Below are positions 21,039-31,219 of a stretch of 64,000 nt of DNA, one piece after another. The notes beneath the pieces were generated by a model. It was not told the DNA's origin. It searched no databases and worked only from the letters and a program-made list of their open reading frames with translations. The stretch is from Candidatus Magasanikiibacteriota bacterium. Its GTDB lineage: Bacteria; Patescibacteriota; Patescibacteriia; Magasanikbacterales; GWA2-37-8. Location: the NCBI GenBank assembly GCA_023246715.1, contig JAHFHZ010000001.1, positions 48,571 to 112,570 on the forward strand, read 5' to 3'. Numbering within the stretch: position 1 is the first letter of the stretch; every line of letters starts with the position of its first letter. The translations under genes and the position numbers were made by a program.

Positions 21039-21743
21039 ATGCCGGAAATCTCGATTATTATCCCAATTTATAACGAACAAGCAATTTTGCATAAAGAAGT
21101 TTTAAGCATCGTCAGCGAGCTTAAAAATTTTTTGCCGCAGATAAACTACGAAATTATTTTGGTTGAAAATGGCAGCGTAGACGCGACCCGTTCAATCGCC
21201 GAGGGGCTAACACGATCTTACCCAACAATTCGTTTGGTACATTTACCGGCAGCCAGCTATGGCCGCGCGCTTAAGCATGGAATTAATGAAAGCCGGGGAG
21301 TGTATACGGTGCTGTTTAATATTGATTTTTGGGATGTGCCCTTTATCGTAAAGGCGCTCGAGATAATGCGCTACGGAAAAATGGATATGGTGGTTGGTTC
21401 CAAGACAATGAAGGGGGCGGAAGATACTAGGCCGTTTTTGCGCCGTCTGATTACGCAATTGTTCAATAAATTACTACGGTTAATCTTTGGCTTTACCGGT
21501 ACGGACACGCATGGAATTAAACTTCTGCGTCAGGATAAAATTTTGCCGGTGGTGGCCGCCTGTCAGACGGAGCGCGAAATTTTTGATACCGAGTTCGTGT
21601 TGCGTTCGCAACGAATGGGTTTGCTTACGGCAGAAATCCCCGTCGTTTGCCAGGAAAAGAGAGCCACGGTGTATCACATTAGCAAACGGATACCTCGAAC
21701 AATTAAAGATTTAATCGTGTTATTTTTTTCATTGCGCCGTTGA
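21039..21743 (+). CDS. GT2 glycosyltransferase (DPM1-like)
   Basis: MPEISIIIPIYNEQ, LFNIDFWD. The start was taken at the first ATG after the asnB stop. Confidence 0.65.
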   Translation: MPEISIIIPIYNEQAILHKEVLSIVSELKNFLPQINYEIILVENGSVDATRSIAEGLTRSYPTIRLVHLPAASYGRALKHGINESRGVYTVLFNIDFWDVPFIVKALEIMRYGKMDMVVGSKTMKGAEDTRPFLRRLITQLFNKLLRLIFGFTGTDTHGIKLLRQDKILPVVAACQTEREIFDTEFVLRSQRMGLLTAEIPVVCQEKRATVYHISKRIPRTIKDLIVLFFSLRR

Positions 21744-21746
21744 TGT

Positions 21747-23189
21747 ATGCCTTTGCTGATTGCTTGGAGTAAACAATGGTGGCCGGCAGTGCTCGCTGGG
21801 ATTTTTTTTCTTGGCGCGGTTGCGTATGGTTTTCCCGACAGTCCTGCGCCATGGTTTGATCAAGGGATTAATTTGGGCATAGCCAAAACCTACGCCTTGG
21901 ATGGCGTGTATAGCTTGGGGCTTGGGGCTGGAAAGGTGGTTGAAAACAGGCCGCTGATGATCAGCACCAATTACCCCCTGCTCGCTTGGATTACTCTGGG
22001 GTTTAAGCTTTTTGGTGTTGGTTTAGCGCAAGCTCAACTAGTAATGCTTGCTTTTTTAGTAGTTTTTTTGTTTGTCAGTTTTTTATTGGCTCGTCGGCTA
22101 TTTGGCGGGCAATCGGCTTTTTTGGCCATAGGATTGACGGTTACTTTTCTACCTTTTTACGGGAACGGGTTAAGCGGGGGTTTAGGCGAAGTGCCAGGGT
22201 TGGCTTACCTATTTTTAGCTTTGTTATTTTTTGATCGCCGAGAATCCCCCGTGACTGCTCTGGCCGGGATTTTTTTTGGTCTGGCGATTACGACGAAAAT
22301 TTTTTATTTATTGCTGCTGCTGCCAGTGCTGCTGGTGGAAATTATTTTTGCTTGGCGTGAACGTGTGGTCCCCTGGAAGCGGTGGTTTTGGTTGTCGGTG
22401 GGGATAGTGCTGCCCTTGATTATTTGGGTTCGAACTTTGTTGCCCGGGGGCTTTAGTTCAACTGGCTTGCAAGAGGCTCTGGCGTATTACCGCAACCCGT
22501 ATCGCCTGGTAGAATCAACCTTCCTTAAAAATATTTTTTCCTTTGCTACCGAGAGCACTTTGGCGCACTTTGCCTTTTTAGGCGCGATTGTATACGGAGG
22601 TTTTTTTACGCAAAAAAGATGGCGAACCGTTCAGCGGGCTGAGTTGATTTTATTATTATTTGTTCCGTTGAATTTAATTTATTTCCTTAAAGGACCAGGC
22701 TGGTTCAGGTATTTATTCCCGGCGCATTTGGTTTTATTGGTTATGTCCCCGGGCATGCTCTCTGCGCTCATTGAGCGCTGGCGGCCTAAGCAAATTGCCG
22801 GTTGGTTGGTGATAGGAGTGCTGGGAATACTTATTGCCGCGCAGACAATTCATTTTTTTAGGCATCGTTCCGATAAACTTTATTATAATCCCGCCCCGCG
22901 CGCGCAGGCGGCCGAATTATCCGCGGAGATCCCGGCTACAGCTGATTTGTACCTCGTTGATCATCCCGAATTATGGTTTTTATTGCCGGGTACGGGCGCA
23001 CGACAGTTTATTCATATGAATCCCTACACGGCTTTTGGAGATGATTTCTTTACTTTAGGCAATTATCCGCGTTATGTTGTGGTTGATCGGCCCGAGCAGG
23101 CTTTTAAAGAGGCGGACTATGCCATTTTTTCTAGGCGCTATGCACCATATAAGAATTTTGGCTTATATACAGTTTTTTTATTGCGTTAG
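21747..23189 (+). CDS. Polytopic membrane protein, GT-C-like glycosyltransferase
   Basis: About 12 hydrophobic helices. Follows the GT2 gene. Confidence 0.5.
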   Translation: MPLLIAWSKQWWPAVLAGIFFLGAVAYGFPDSPAPWFDQGINLGIAKTYALDGVYSLGLGAGKVVENRPLMISTNYPLLAWITLGFKLFGVGLAQAQLVMLAFLVVFLFVSFLLARRLFGGQSAFLAIGLTVTFLPFYGNGLSGGLGEVPGLAYLFLALLFFDRRESPVTALAGIFFGLAITTKIFYLLLLLPVLLVEIIFAWRERVVPWKRWFWLSVGIVLPLIIWVRTLLPGGFSSTGLQEALAYYRNPYRLVESTFLKNIFSFATESTLAHFAFLGAIVYGGFFTQKRWRTVQRAELILLLFVPLNLIYFLKGPGWFRYLFPAHLVLLVMSPGMLSALIERWRPKQIAGWLVIGVLGILIAAQTIHFFRHRSDKLYYNPAPRAQAAELSAEIPATADLYLVDHPELWFLLPGTGARQFIHMNPYTAFGDDFFTLGNYPRYVVVDRPEQAFKEADYAIFSRRYAPYKNFGLYTVFLLR

Positions 23190-23195
23190 TTTTTT

Positions 23196-24968
23196 ATGAA
23201 TACCTATACTTGGAAAATTTTTTTGTTTCGGAGCATTTCGTTTTTTCGCACCCACGCCTTTGGATTGCTATTAGCGGGAGCGGTTACGTTGGCGGTGAGC
23301 CTGCCTCCGGTTATTTGGCATTTTTCGACTGATTTCCGAGGCGTGGAGATGCTTAAAACTAACACCGAAGCGCACTATGTCGCTCAAGTACAGGAGGTAT
23401 ATGATGGCCACCCACGTTTGGGCAACACTTTTTTTCAAGGTCTAAAAAATTCTGATTACTTGTTTCCGCCACTATCTCCAAATTTGGTTGCTTTATTTGG
23501 CAAGCTTATTGGGGTAGGGGCAGTCGGCGCGGTTATTGTAGGGCGTTTTTTGTTTGTATTTTTGTTGGCTTTGGCAATTTACGGTTTCGCGTATCGTCTG
23601 TTTGGCAGCACTCGTTGGGCGGCGGTGGCAGCCCCGTTCATTATTTTGGGCTATGCGTTGTTTGATCCACACACGCTCTTGCGTTTATTTTCTTTTGGCC
23701 AAGGGGCTGGCGAGGCTACCTTCATTGATTATGGTCGGCCCATTAACCCCCAAATTAGTTCATTATTCTTTTTTGGGTATCTATATTTTTTCTGGCAGTT
23801 TTTGATTGTTCCATCTCGCCGTACCTTGTTGGGAGTGGTTTCGGCCGTATTGCTGGGCGCTAGTTTTTACGTGTACTTATTTACCTGGACTTATTTATTT
23901 ACCCTCAATGGTTTTTTATTTTTATTATTTTTACTGCGTAAAGATTTTGAGAGTGTTAAACGAGTTGTGGCGGTTACTATTGCGGCCGCGGTACTTGGCA
24001 TACCGTACGCATTTAATTTGTTGGCGGCTAGCCAGAATACCTGGTATGCCGAAACGGCAGTACGTTTTGGGTTTGTGGCTTCCCACGCGCCCAATATTAG
24101 CCGGTTGGTGCTTGGTTTAATAGTCGTTTATTTATTTGCGAAGTCTTTGCTCACCACGAAACAGCGTGTTTTTTTTGGGTCATTTTTTGTAACAGCGTTG
24201 GTGGTGGCCAATGAACAAATTATAACCGGTAAATATATTTTTAATCATCACTATCACTGGTATTACACCACACCGCTCGTGGCCCTAGGCGTACTCGCGT
24301 TTTTTGCTCAATGGTTTAAGGCCCATCCCGACAAAAAGCGGGTTGAAGTTTTGGCGGTAGCGCTGTTGGTTGCATTATTTTTTGTACAGGGAATCAAGGT
24401 GCAGGTTTTGTCGTATCAAGCATCCAAGGAATCAATGGTTGATGAGCAGCGTTACGCCCCAGTGATTGATTGGTTTAACCATGAAAGCCCCCTAGACAGC
24501 GTGATTTTTGCCCCCGCCCCGTTGCTACGTTTGCTTCCCGCGGTTACGCATAATAATGTGTACTATTACGGCACTGGTATCTACACTCTTGTTTCAAATG
24601 AACGGCTCATGGATACTTATTTGGCGCAGATCTATTTACAGCGTGTGCCACAAGTGGATATCCGTCTGTATCTAGACGAGCATCAGGCAGAAATTGCGGG
24701 GTGGGTGTTTGGGTACACTTTCAGTTTTCAGCCCGGAGTATGCAGCACCTGCGTGCCAGAGGATTTTTTGGATAAGGCCGCCGAACGTTACCGACAGCTT
24801 ACTGACGCCAATTTTGCATCGTTTTTACTTAAATACCCTTTGGATTATATCGTGACCGATGAAAAAACCGACCCGGGTTGGAGAGTGGATCGGTTTGGTT
24901 TCGTTCCGGTTGCTAAATTCGGCACGCTGACTATTCATTCGGCCGCGGCTCTTCTTGCCGGGCCATAA
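23196..24968 (+). CDS. Large polytopic membrane protein (590 aa). Possibly GT-C, or an O-antigen polymerase/ligase-like protein.
   Basis: Many TM helices and a C-terminal soluble domain. No diagnostic motif recognised. Confidence 0.35.
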   Translation: MNTYTWKIFLFRSISFFRTHAFGLLLAGAVTLAVSLPPVIWHFSTDFRGVEMLKTNTEAHYVAQVQEVYDGHPRLGNTFFQGLKNSDYLFPPLSPNLVALFGKLIGVGAVGAVIVGRFLFVFLLALAIYGFAYRLFGSTRWAAVAAPFIILGYALFDPHTLLRLFSFGQGAGEATFIDYGRPINPQISSLFFFGYLYFFWQFLIVPSRRTLLGVVSAVLLGASFYVYLFTWTYLFTLNGFLFLLFLLRKDFESVKRVVAVTIAAAVLGIPYAFNLLAASQNTWYAETAVRFGFVASHAPNISRLVLGLIVVYLFAKSLLTTKQRVFFGSFFVTALVVANEQIITGKYIFNHHYHWYYTTPLVALGVLAFFAQWFKAHPDKKRVEVLAVALLVALFFVQGIKVQVLSYQASKESMVDEQRYAPVIDWFNHESPLDSVIFAPAPLLRLLPAVTHNNVYYYGTGIYTLVSNERLMDTYLAQIYLQRVPQVDIRLYLDEHQAEIAGWVFGYTFSFQPGVCSTCVPEDFLDKAAERYRQLTDANFASFLLKYPLDYIVTDEKTDPGWRVDRFGFVPVAKFGTLTIHSAAALLAGP

Positions 24969-26514
24969 TAAACATATTGTCTCGTAAATTCAGCGGAATA
25001 GAGAGTCGGTTCAGCCGGCTTTTTTGTAGGTAATTAGATATTTTTCGCCAGATTGCCTGGTGGCGAATAGTATACATAATTTGGAAGATGTAAGCCGGTT
25101 GGAATTTTTTGCCAATATTTCCGATTTCAATCACGGTGAAGTCGTGTTTATTTAAGATCATCGACAGATTTTTGGGATTGAAAAGCCGGATGTGTTCGGG
25201 TGGAATAATTAAAGGCCAAAAACGCCCTAAAATTTTGGCGACGGCGCTCCCGGCATTTGGCATATTCATTACCACAATTCCACCCGGTTTAAGTAATTTG
25301 GTTATTTTGAGTAAGGTTAAATTGGGGTCGGGCAGGTGTTCAAATACGTCCCAGAGAGTTATAACATCGAACGAATGCGGAGCGAAGACGGCATTGTCTA
25401 GGGTACCGGTTTGCACCGCTAGCCCACGGCCCCGAGCGGCCGCAGCCGCGTAGTCGGAAATTTCTACTCCGGCCACCTGCCACCCCCGCTGTTTTGCTAT
25501 GGTTAAAAAAGATCCGGTGGCAGCGCCGATGTCTAGAATACTGCCCTTGTTAGGATGTTTTGCTTCAATTTTATCTAAATATATTTGCAACGTGACATTT
25601 TCCGCTTGTTTGGTTTGCTCATAATCAACATAACCAAAGCCTTGCGTGGCGCCAGTAAAATAATCCGCGGAGTAGAGGGCGTTAAATTGATCAGGAAGTG
25701 GCGCGATAAAAATCAGCTGGCAAGCAACGCAGCGCCTTACTTTGCAGTTATTTTTGGTAAACCAGAAACGTGTATTCAGCGAGGCGCAAGCGGGACAAGG
25801 CAACGCGCCGCCTGGTTGCCAACGAATCAAATTCCAGGGCAGCAGCACTCCTTCCTGGATAATACGTAGGGAAATTTTTGATTCACCGCTGAGGCGACTT
25901 TTAAATAGGATGGGTAGTTCTACGATTCGTTTGCCGAGCTTCCAGATTTTGTATTTTAGATGCATTAAAAAGGCGTAACCAGAAGGATCGATTTCCGAAA
26001 AATTAATTTCGCGTAGCATCTTTGTGTTTAAGCACATGAATCCGCTGGTGCAATCGGTGATTGGCAGACCGGTAACCAAACGGCAATACCAGTTACCGCC
26101 ACGGCTTAAAATTTTTCGCCATAGTTCCCAACCTTCAATGCCGCCTTCGCCTGTGTAGCGGGAGCCGATTACCAGGTCGTGATTAGCGCCCAGACGAATT
26201 AATTCTGGCAGGTACGACGGGTCATGCGATCCGTCTGCATCCACGGTACAGATGTGGGTAAATCGGCCCTCGGTTAAAATTTTGCTGAAAGCATCAGAAT
26301 ATGCCCGGCCCAAGCCTTCTTTTTTAGGTCGAGAATAAAGTATTAAACGAGGAAATTGCGCGGTAAGTTCAGTTACCGCCGCTGCTGTACCATCGGGTGA
26401 GTTATCGTCGATAACCATTACCGAAACGTGGGGAACGGTAGCAAAAATTTTAGGGATCACTGCCCGGATGTTTTCTTTTTCATTATACGTGGGCAGCAGA
26501 ATTATCGTTTCCAT
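24931..26514 (-). CDS. Bifunctional GT2 glycosyltransferase (DPM1-like) / zinc-ribbon / class I SAM methyltransferase fusion
   Basis: N-terminus METIILLPTYNEKENI...DDNSPDGT. Middle CPACASL...CVACQ zinc ribbon. C-terminus ILDIGAATGSFL methyltransferase motif I. Confidence 0.7.
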   Translation of the reverse strand: METIILLPTYNEKENIRAVIPKIFATVPHVSVMVIDDNSPDGTAAAVTELTAQFPRLILYSRPKKEGLGRAYSDAFSKILTEGRFTHICTVDADGSHDPSYLPELIRLGANHDLVIGSRYTGEGGIEGWELWRKILSRGGNWYCRLVTGLPITDCTSGFMCLNTKMLREINFSEIDPSGYAFLMHLKYKIWKLGKRIVELPILFKSRLSGESKISLRIIQEGVLLPWNLIRWQPGGALPCPACASLNTRFWFTKNNCKVRRCVACQLIFIAPLPDQFNALYSADYFTGATQGFGYVDYEQTKQAENVTLQIYLDKIEAKHPNKGSILDIGAATGSFLTIAKQRGWQVAGVEISDYAAAAARGRGLAVQTGTLDNAVFAPHSFDVITLWDVFEHLPDPNLTLLKITKLLKPGGIVVMNMPNAGSAVAKILGRFWPLIIPPEHIRLFNPKNLSMILNKHDFTVIEIGNIGKKFQPAYIFQIMYTIRHQAIWRKISNYLQKSRLNRLSIPLNLRDNMFIMARQEEPRPNE

Positions 26515-26539
26515 GAGGATGCTTTATAAAAAATTTTGT

Positions 26540-28015
26540 TTAGCGAATATTTTTTGCGATGATCAGCAGTGTCGCAAATGGTCCGGTATTGAATAATCGA
26601 AAAGCCAACCAGATGCCCGTCAGGTAGGCAATACCCTGGCCTATCAGTAACATACAAAAGTGAAGAGTCGAGAGAGATAAAAGGGTTTTCCCCCAGAACA
26701 GATATGGCAGGCAGATTATCAAGCTCAGCAAGAGTGGGGTAATAATTTTTGCCAGCATATCACGGTACTTTATGAGCGTCAATTGAGTTAAAGAGCGTAA
26801 GTTTAGGCAAAAAACAGGCAACATCCCGACTAATAACGCGCCAGCCGCGCCATTGATGCCCCAGCGGACTGTGGCCGGGATAATCAGGCTGGCAGTGGTG
26901 CAAATTTTAACAATCGTGAACCCGGTTTGAGCGCGAGGTTTGCCTAACGCGTTGGAAAGAGCCAGTACCAAGTCGTTGATATTGCCAAGAAAAAAATAGA
27001 AAAGAAATATGGATAGCGCGCTAGCCATTGGCAGCCAGGGCGTACCCAGTACGATCGTGACTAGCTTGTTTCCAACAAAGAGGGTTAAGAGGCAAATTGG
27101 AATTAGAAAAAAACCGATAATATCTAAATTTTTTAAAAAACCGTCGGTAATTTTTTGTTTATCGGTTTGAATTTTGGCAAAGGCGGAAAAACTAATTTGG
27201 TTGAGCATCGGGCCTAAAAAACCAGGGGCTACCGCGGCCATGCTTTTGGCTTTACTGTAAAGCCCCAGGCTGCTTAGGGTGGTGAGGCGGGCCACACTCG
27301 TGCTCTCTAGCAAGCCGTAGAGCTGATCTAGCCAGCTTTGGCCGACGATCCATTTGCTGTAATGGAATAACTCCCGGAGAATATTGAGGTTAAAAGATAG
27401 CCGTGGACGATAGGGGTGTAAAAAGTAGGTGATAATTGTTTGAGTGAGATAATAGGCGAGTTGGGCAAAAAATAAAACCCAGTATGATGGCCAGAGTAAC
27501 GCTCCCGCGATACTGACGATAATATAGGCAATTTCACGAACCAAATTACGGATAAAGATTTTTTTGAAATCTAACTCTTTGAATAAATAATTTTCTCCGA
27601 TGTTGCCTAAATTTAGGATAAGCATGAAAATCCCGCCCAAGCTGATGGCTAAGATAGCCTGCTCCCCATGCAGGAAACCGGCTAGCCAAGGCCCAACGGC
27701 AAGCACCACCACGAAAATAGCCAGGCCTTTGAGCACGTGGATTGTCCAGAGCGGGTTGAGAAATTTTTTAATGTCCCCCTCTTTTTGAATGAGCGCGCTG
27801 GCAAAACCGGTATCGGCGGTGGCATCTAAAAAGCGGGGCAGCAGAATAACCAGTCCCATTATGCCAAAATCCTCCGGCTTCAAGAGTCTAGCCAAAATAA
27901 AAAACGAAACCAAACCAAGGCATTTTTGGATCACATATCCGAGTGAAAGCCATTTACCGCTCTGAATTGATTTTTTTAGCACGCCTTCGGGGGGCGCAAT
28001 AGCGCTTGATTGCAT
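26540..28015 (-). CDS. wzx: Wzx-like oligosaccharide flippase (MOP superfamily polysaccharide biosynthesis protein)
   Basis: About 12-14 TM helices with PST-family topology. The start was taken at an internal ATG, leaving a 75-bp divergent intergenic region. Confidence 0.6.
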   Translation of the reverse strand: MQSSAIAPPEGVLKKSIQSGKWLSLGYVIQKCLGLVSFFILARLLKPEDFGIMGLVILLPRFLDATADTGFASALIQKEGDIKKFLNPLWTIHVLKGLAIFVVVLAVGPWLAGFLHGEQAILAISLGGIFMLILNLGNIGENYLFKELDFKKIFIRNLVREIAYIIVSIAGALLWPSYWVLFFAQLAYYLTQTIITYFLHPYRPRLSFNLNILRELFHYSKWIVGQSWLDQLYGLLESTSVARLTTLSSLGLYSKAKSMAAVAPGFLGPMLNQISFSAFAKIQTDKQKITDGFLKNLDIIGFFLIPICLLTLFVGNKLVTIVLGTPWLPMASALSIFLFYFFLGNINDLVLALSNALGKPRAQTGFTIVKICTTASLIIPATVRWGINGAAGALLVGMLPVFCLNLRSLTQLTLIKYRDMLAKIITPLLLSLIICLPYLFWGKTLLSLSTLHFCMLLIGQGIAYLTGIWLAFRLFNTGPFATLLIIAKNIR

Positions 28016-28090
28016 TTTTTCTTTTCCTATATTAGTATGTTTAAGTATAGTCGGTACCCCCCGTAACGTCAATTTTAGTTTTACTACGGT

Positions 28091-29335
28091 ATGGATAATT
28101 CTTCAGCTAATACTACACTGGAAAAATACCCGCAACAAATCGGTGTAGGCACTTGCATTATTAGTGAAAGGGCTCGCCGGTATGTTAATGATGTGCTAGA
28201 CAGCGCGCGGTTGACCTATGGGCCATTTTCGCAGGCTTTTGAAAAGAAATTTGCCGAAGCACATAATTGTAAATTCGCCGTGTTGATGAATAGCGGTACG
28301 AGCGCGTTACGCGTGAGTATCGCGGCTTTAAAAGAAAAGCATGGTTGGCAAGATGGCGACGAAATTTTGATTCCCGCGATTACCTTTATTTGTGATGTCA
28401 ACGTTATTACTTCGAATGGTTTGACGCCGGTGTTTGTTGATGTTGATCCGCTCCGATTCAGCATGGACCCAGCATTGGTGGCAAGCAAGCTAACCAGCCG
28501 CAGTCGCGCGATTATGCCAACGCATCTGTGTGGGCTTCCGGCCAACATGGAGGCGCTGATGAAGTTGGCCTGTGAGCGAGATTTACGGGTGATTGAAGAT
28601 GCTTGCGAAGCGGCTTTTGCCCGTTATAATGATAAACCAGTAGGTAGTTTTGGCGATATTGGCTGTTACTCTACCTACCAGGCCCATATTGTGGCTACTG
28701 GGGTGGGGGGCCTGGCGCTGACTAATGACCCCGAAACGGCGGTTTTGCTACGCAGCCTTGCTAATCATGGCCGGGACGGTATTTATATCCAGATTGACGA
28801 CGATAAAGGCAAAACCAAGCAAGAGCTGGAGCAGATTGTGAGCAAGCGGTTTACTTTTATCCGGCCAGGATTTAGCTTTCGAGTCACCGAGCTTGAAGCT
28901 GCTATTGGGCTGGCCCAATTGGAAGACGGTATGGAACCGGATTTATTGCGCCGCCAGCAAAACGCCGCGGCGCTTACCAAACGGCTAGAACGCCATGCCA
29001 GTATTTTACAATTGCCAACTGTGCCCGCTGACTCATCACATGTCTTTATGATGTACCCGTTGGTGGTTAGGCCGGGCTCAGGCGTGAGCCGCGATGAGTT
29101 GGTTAATTTTTTAGAAGAGTATAATATTGAAACTCGCAAGCTTTTGCCTATTTTAGACCAGCCCTTCATCATTAAGCGCTATGGTGATTTGGCGGCACGC
29201 TACCCCGTGGCGGATTCTTTGAACAAAGGAGCTTTTTATATCGGTTCCCACTCAGGAATAGGGGAGGAAGAAATCGAATACATCGGTAAGGTGTTTGACA
29301 TTTTTTTTGCCAGCCGAAAATTGGCAACAACATGA
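28091..29335 (+). CDS. DegT/DnrJ/EryC1/StrS-family PLP enzyme with His in place of the Schiff-base Lys; ColD/E1-like sugar 3-dehydratase candidate
   Basis: Conserved EDAC...VGSFGDIGCYSTYQAHIVATGVGG aligns to the SF(H/Y)PTK..GEGG block, with H199 at the Lys position. Confidence 0.75.
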   Translation: MDNSSANTTLEKYPQQIGVGTCIISERARRYVNDVLDSARLTYGPFSQAFEKKFAEAHNCKFAVLMNSGTSALRVSIAALKEKHGWQDGDEILIPAITFICDVNVITSNGLTPVFVDVDPLRFSMDPALVASKLTSRSRAIMPTHLCGLPANMEALMKLACERDLRVIEDACEAAFARYNDKPVGSFGDIGCYSTYQAHIVATGVGGLALTNDPETAVLLRSLANHGRDGIYIQIDDDKGKTKQELEQIVSKRFTFIRPGFSFRVTELEAAIGLAQLEDGMEPDLLRRQQNAAALTKRLERHASILQLPTVPADSSHVFMMYPLVVRPGSGVSRDELVNFLEEYNIETRKLLPILDQPFIIKRYGDLAARYPVADSLNKGAFYIGSHSGIGEEEIEYIGKVFDIFFASRKLATT

Positions 29336-29344
29336 GCGGTATTT

Positions 29345-30280
29345 ATGGAAGAAAAATCGCGATTGCAACATAAAAAAATTTTGATTACTGGGGGAACCGG
29401 TTTTATTGGTAGTCATTTGGCTCGCCTGCTTAGCCCTACTAACGAGGTATGGGTAGCGGGACGCAGTGGCGAACAACCAAATTCGGCAGTACAATTTTTT
29501 AAGGGTGATATTCGTGAACAGGTTTTTTTTGAATTTGTCCGCAATGAAAATTTTGACGTTATTTTTCATTTGGCTGGTAACGCCAACCAGGCAAAGAGTT
29601 TAGAGGATCCCCGTTATGATTTAGAACACAATCTGCTGGCGACGTTTAATTTACTTGAAGTTTTGCGGCAGCTGCAAAAACCACCGCGTTTAATCAACGC
29701 TTCGTCGGTGACGGTGTATGGAGATAACGACGACGCTGTTCTCAATGAAGACACCTCGGTGCTTTTGCCGATTGTTAACTACGGGGCTTCAAAATTGGCG
29801 GCTGAACGATATTTGTACGCGTACGCACGACAATACGGGTTGCCAGCGATTACTCTGCGGCTTTTTTCTACCTATGGACCCGGGTTGCGTCGTCAAATGG
29901 TTTATGACTTTATCCGCAAGCTTTCGGTTAACCAGGATAGGTTGGAAATTATTGGAACTGGCAATGAGGCGCGAGACCTTACGTTTATTGTTGATCAGGT
30001 AAGTAACATTGTCCGGGTCGCCGAACAGGCGGATTTTAAAGGTGAAGCCTATAATTTGGCTTCGGGTTCTTTATATTCTACCCGTCAGGTAGCCGAATCT
30101 GTGGCTCGAGCGCTCGGCCTAACGCCGGAATTTATCTATACTGAAAAAGCACGAGTTTTTGACGCTCCGAGTTGGCTGGCAGATGTAAATAAAATTAAAA
30201 AATTTGGAGCCTCGACCCCGACTAAACTTGACCATGGCGTTGAACAGACCGTGCGTTGGTTTAAAAATGTAGGTTCCTGA
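29345..30280 (+). CDS. NAD-dependent sugar epimerase/dehydratase (SDR)
   Basis: KKILITGGTGFIGSHLARLL, YGASKLAAE (YxxxK). Confidence 0.7.
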   Translation: MEEKSRLQHKKILITGGTGFIGSHLARLLSPTNEVWVAGRSGEQPNSAVQFFKGDIREQVFFEFVRNENFDVIFHLAGNANQAKSLEDPRYDLEHNLLATFNLLEVLRQLQKPPRLINASSVTVYGDNDDAVLNEDTSVLLPIVNYGASKLAAERYLYAYARQYGLPAITLRLFSTYGPGLRRQMVYDFIRKLSVNQDRLEIIGTGNEARDLTFIVDQVSNIVRVAEQADFKGEAYNLASGSLYSTRQVAESVARALGLTPEFIYTEKARVFDAPSWLADVNKIKKFGASTPTKLDHGVEQTVRWFKNVGS

Positions 30281-30296
30281 GAGCATAACAGTTGCT

Positions 30297-31217
30297 ATGT
30301 CACAGCCTAAAACAATTCTTTTTGGCGGCAGTGGTTTCCTGGGCCCAACTATTTTGGAGAAGTACCCTGATATTGTTTCGATTGGCCGACACGCTCCGCC
30401 AGATTATGTCGGAAACCAGCATATCAATTTGCCAGACTTCGATGATTTAAGCGTCCTAGACAATTTTGATTTTGATAAGGTTATTTTTTTGGTCGGCAGC
30501 TCTAACCACCATCTGATAAATAATCATGCCACCATGGGCCTTGATTATAATGTGTACCCGCTTAAGAAGGCGTTGCATTATTTTGCCAAACGCCAGTTAA
30601 AAAAATTTATTTGTTTTACCACTATTTTGTTATACGATGCCGAAAGAATGACCTTTCCGGTGGGCGAGGAGCAGCCGATCAACCCGTATATCAATGAGTA
30701 TGTTTTTAGCAAATATCTTTCGGAGGAATTGGTACGTTTTTATGCCGAGAAAGTGCCAACTATTACGATCCGTTTTAGTAATATTTACGGCCCGACCAAG
30801 CTGATTCGCCCTGACGTGGTGCCGACCCTGATTCAAAAGGTGCTTTCTCCTAACCCGGTGACTGTTTGGAATACTAAGCCGATTAGGGATTTTTTGTATC
30901 TTGAAGACGCGGCCGAAGCGATTGTGCGGCTACTCGACACAGATTACACCGGGCCCGTCAATTTGGGAACAGGAGTAACGGTTAGTATCGGCCGGATTGC
31001 CGAAATTTTAGAAGAATTATCGGGTAAAAAAATTACCAATCTGGATCAAGCGGTCAACGGGCCAATGTTTTTTTGCTGTGATATCAGCAAGGTGACTAAA
31101 CTGACCGACTGGAAACCGGCGCACACGATCGAAGAGGGATTAAAAAAAACGTATGAACGAATGAAGGGCTGGGCGGATGAGTGTCGGTGGTGGGAACAAC
31201 CCAGTTCTAAATTTTAA
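30297..31217 (+). CDS. NAD(P)-dependent epimerase/reductase-like SDR (atypical)
   Basis: TILFGGSGFLGP Rossmann motif, YVFSK (YxxxK). Confidence 0.5.
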   Translation: MSQPKTILFGGSGFLGPTILEKYPDIVSIGRHAPPDYVGNQHINLPDFDDLSVLDNFDFDKVIFLVGSSNHHLINNHATMGLDYNVYPLKKALHYFAKRQLKKFICFTTILLYDAERMTFPVGEEQPINPYINEYVFSKYLSEELVRFYAEKVPTITIRFSNIYGPTKLIRPDVVPTLIQKVLSPNPVTVWNTKPIRDFLYLEDAAEAIVRLLDTDYTGPVNLGTGVTVSIGRIAEILEELSGKKITNLDQAVNGPMFFCCDISKVTKLTDWKPAHTIEEGLKKTYERMKGWADECRWWEQPSSKF

Positions 31218-31219
31218 AT

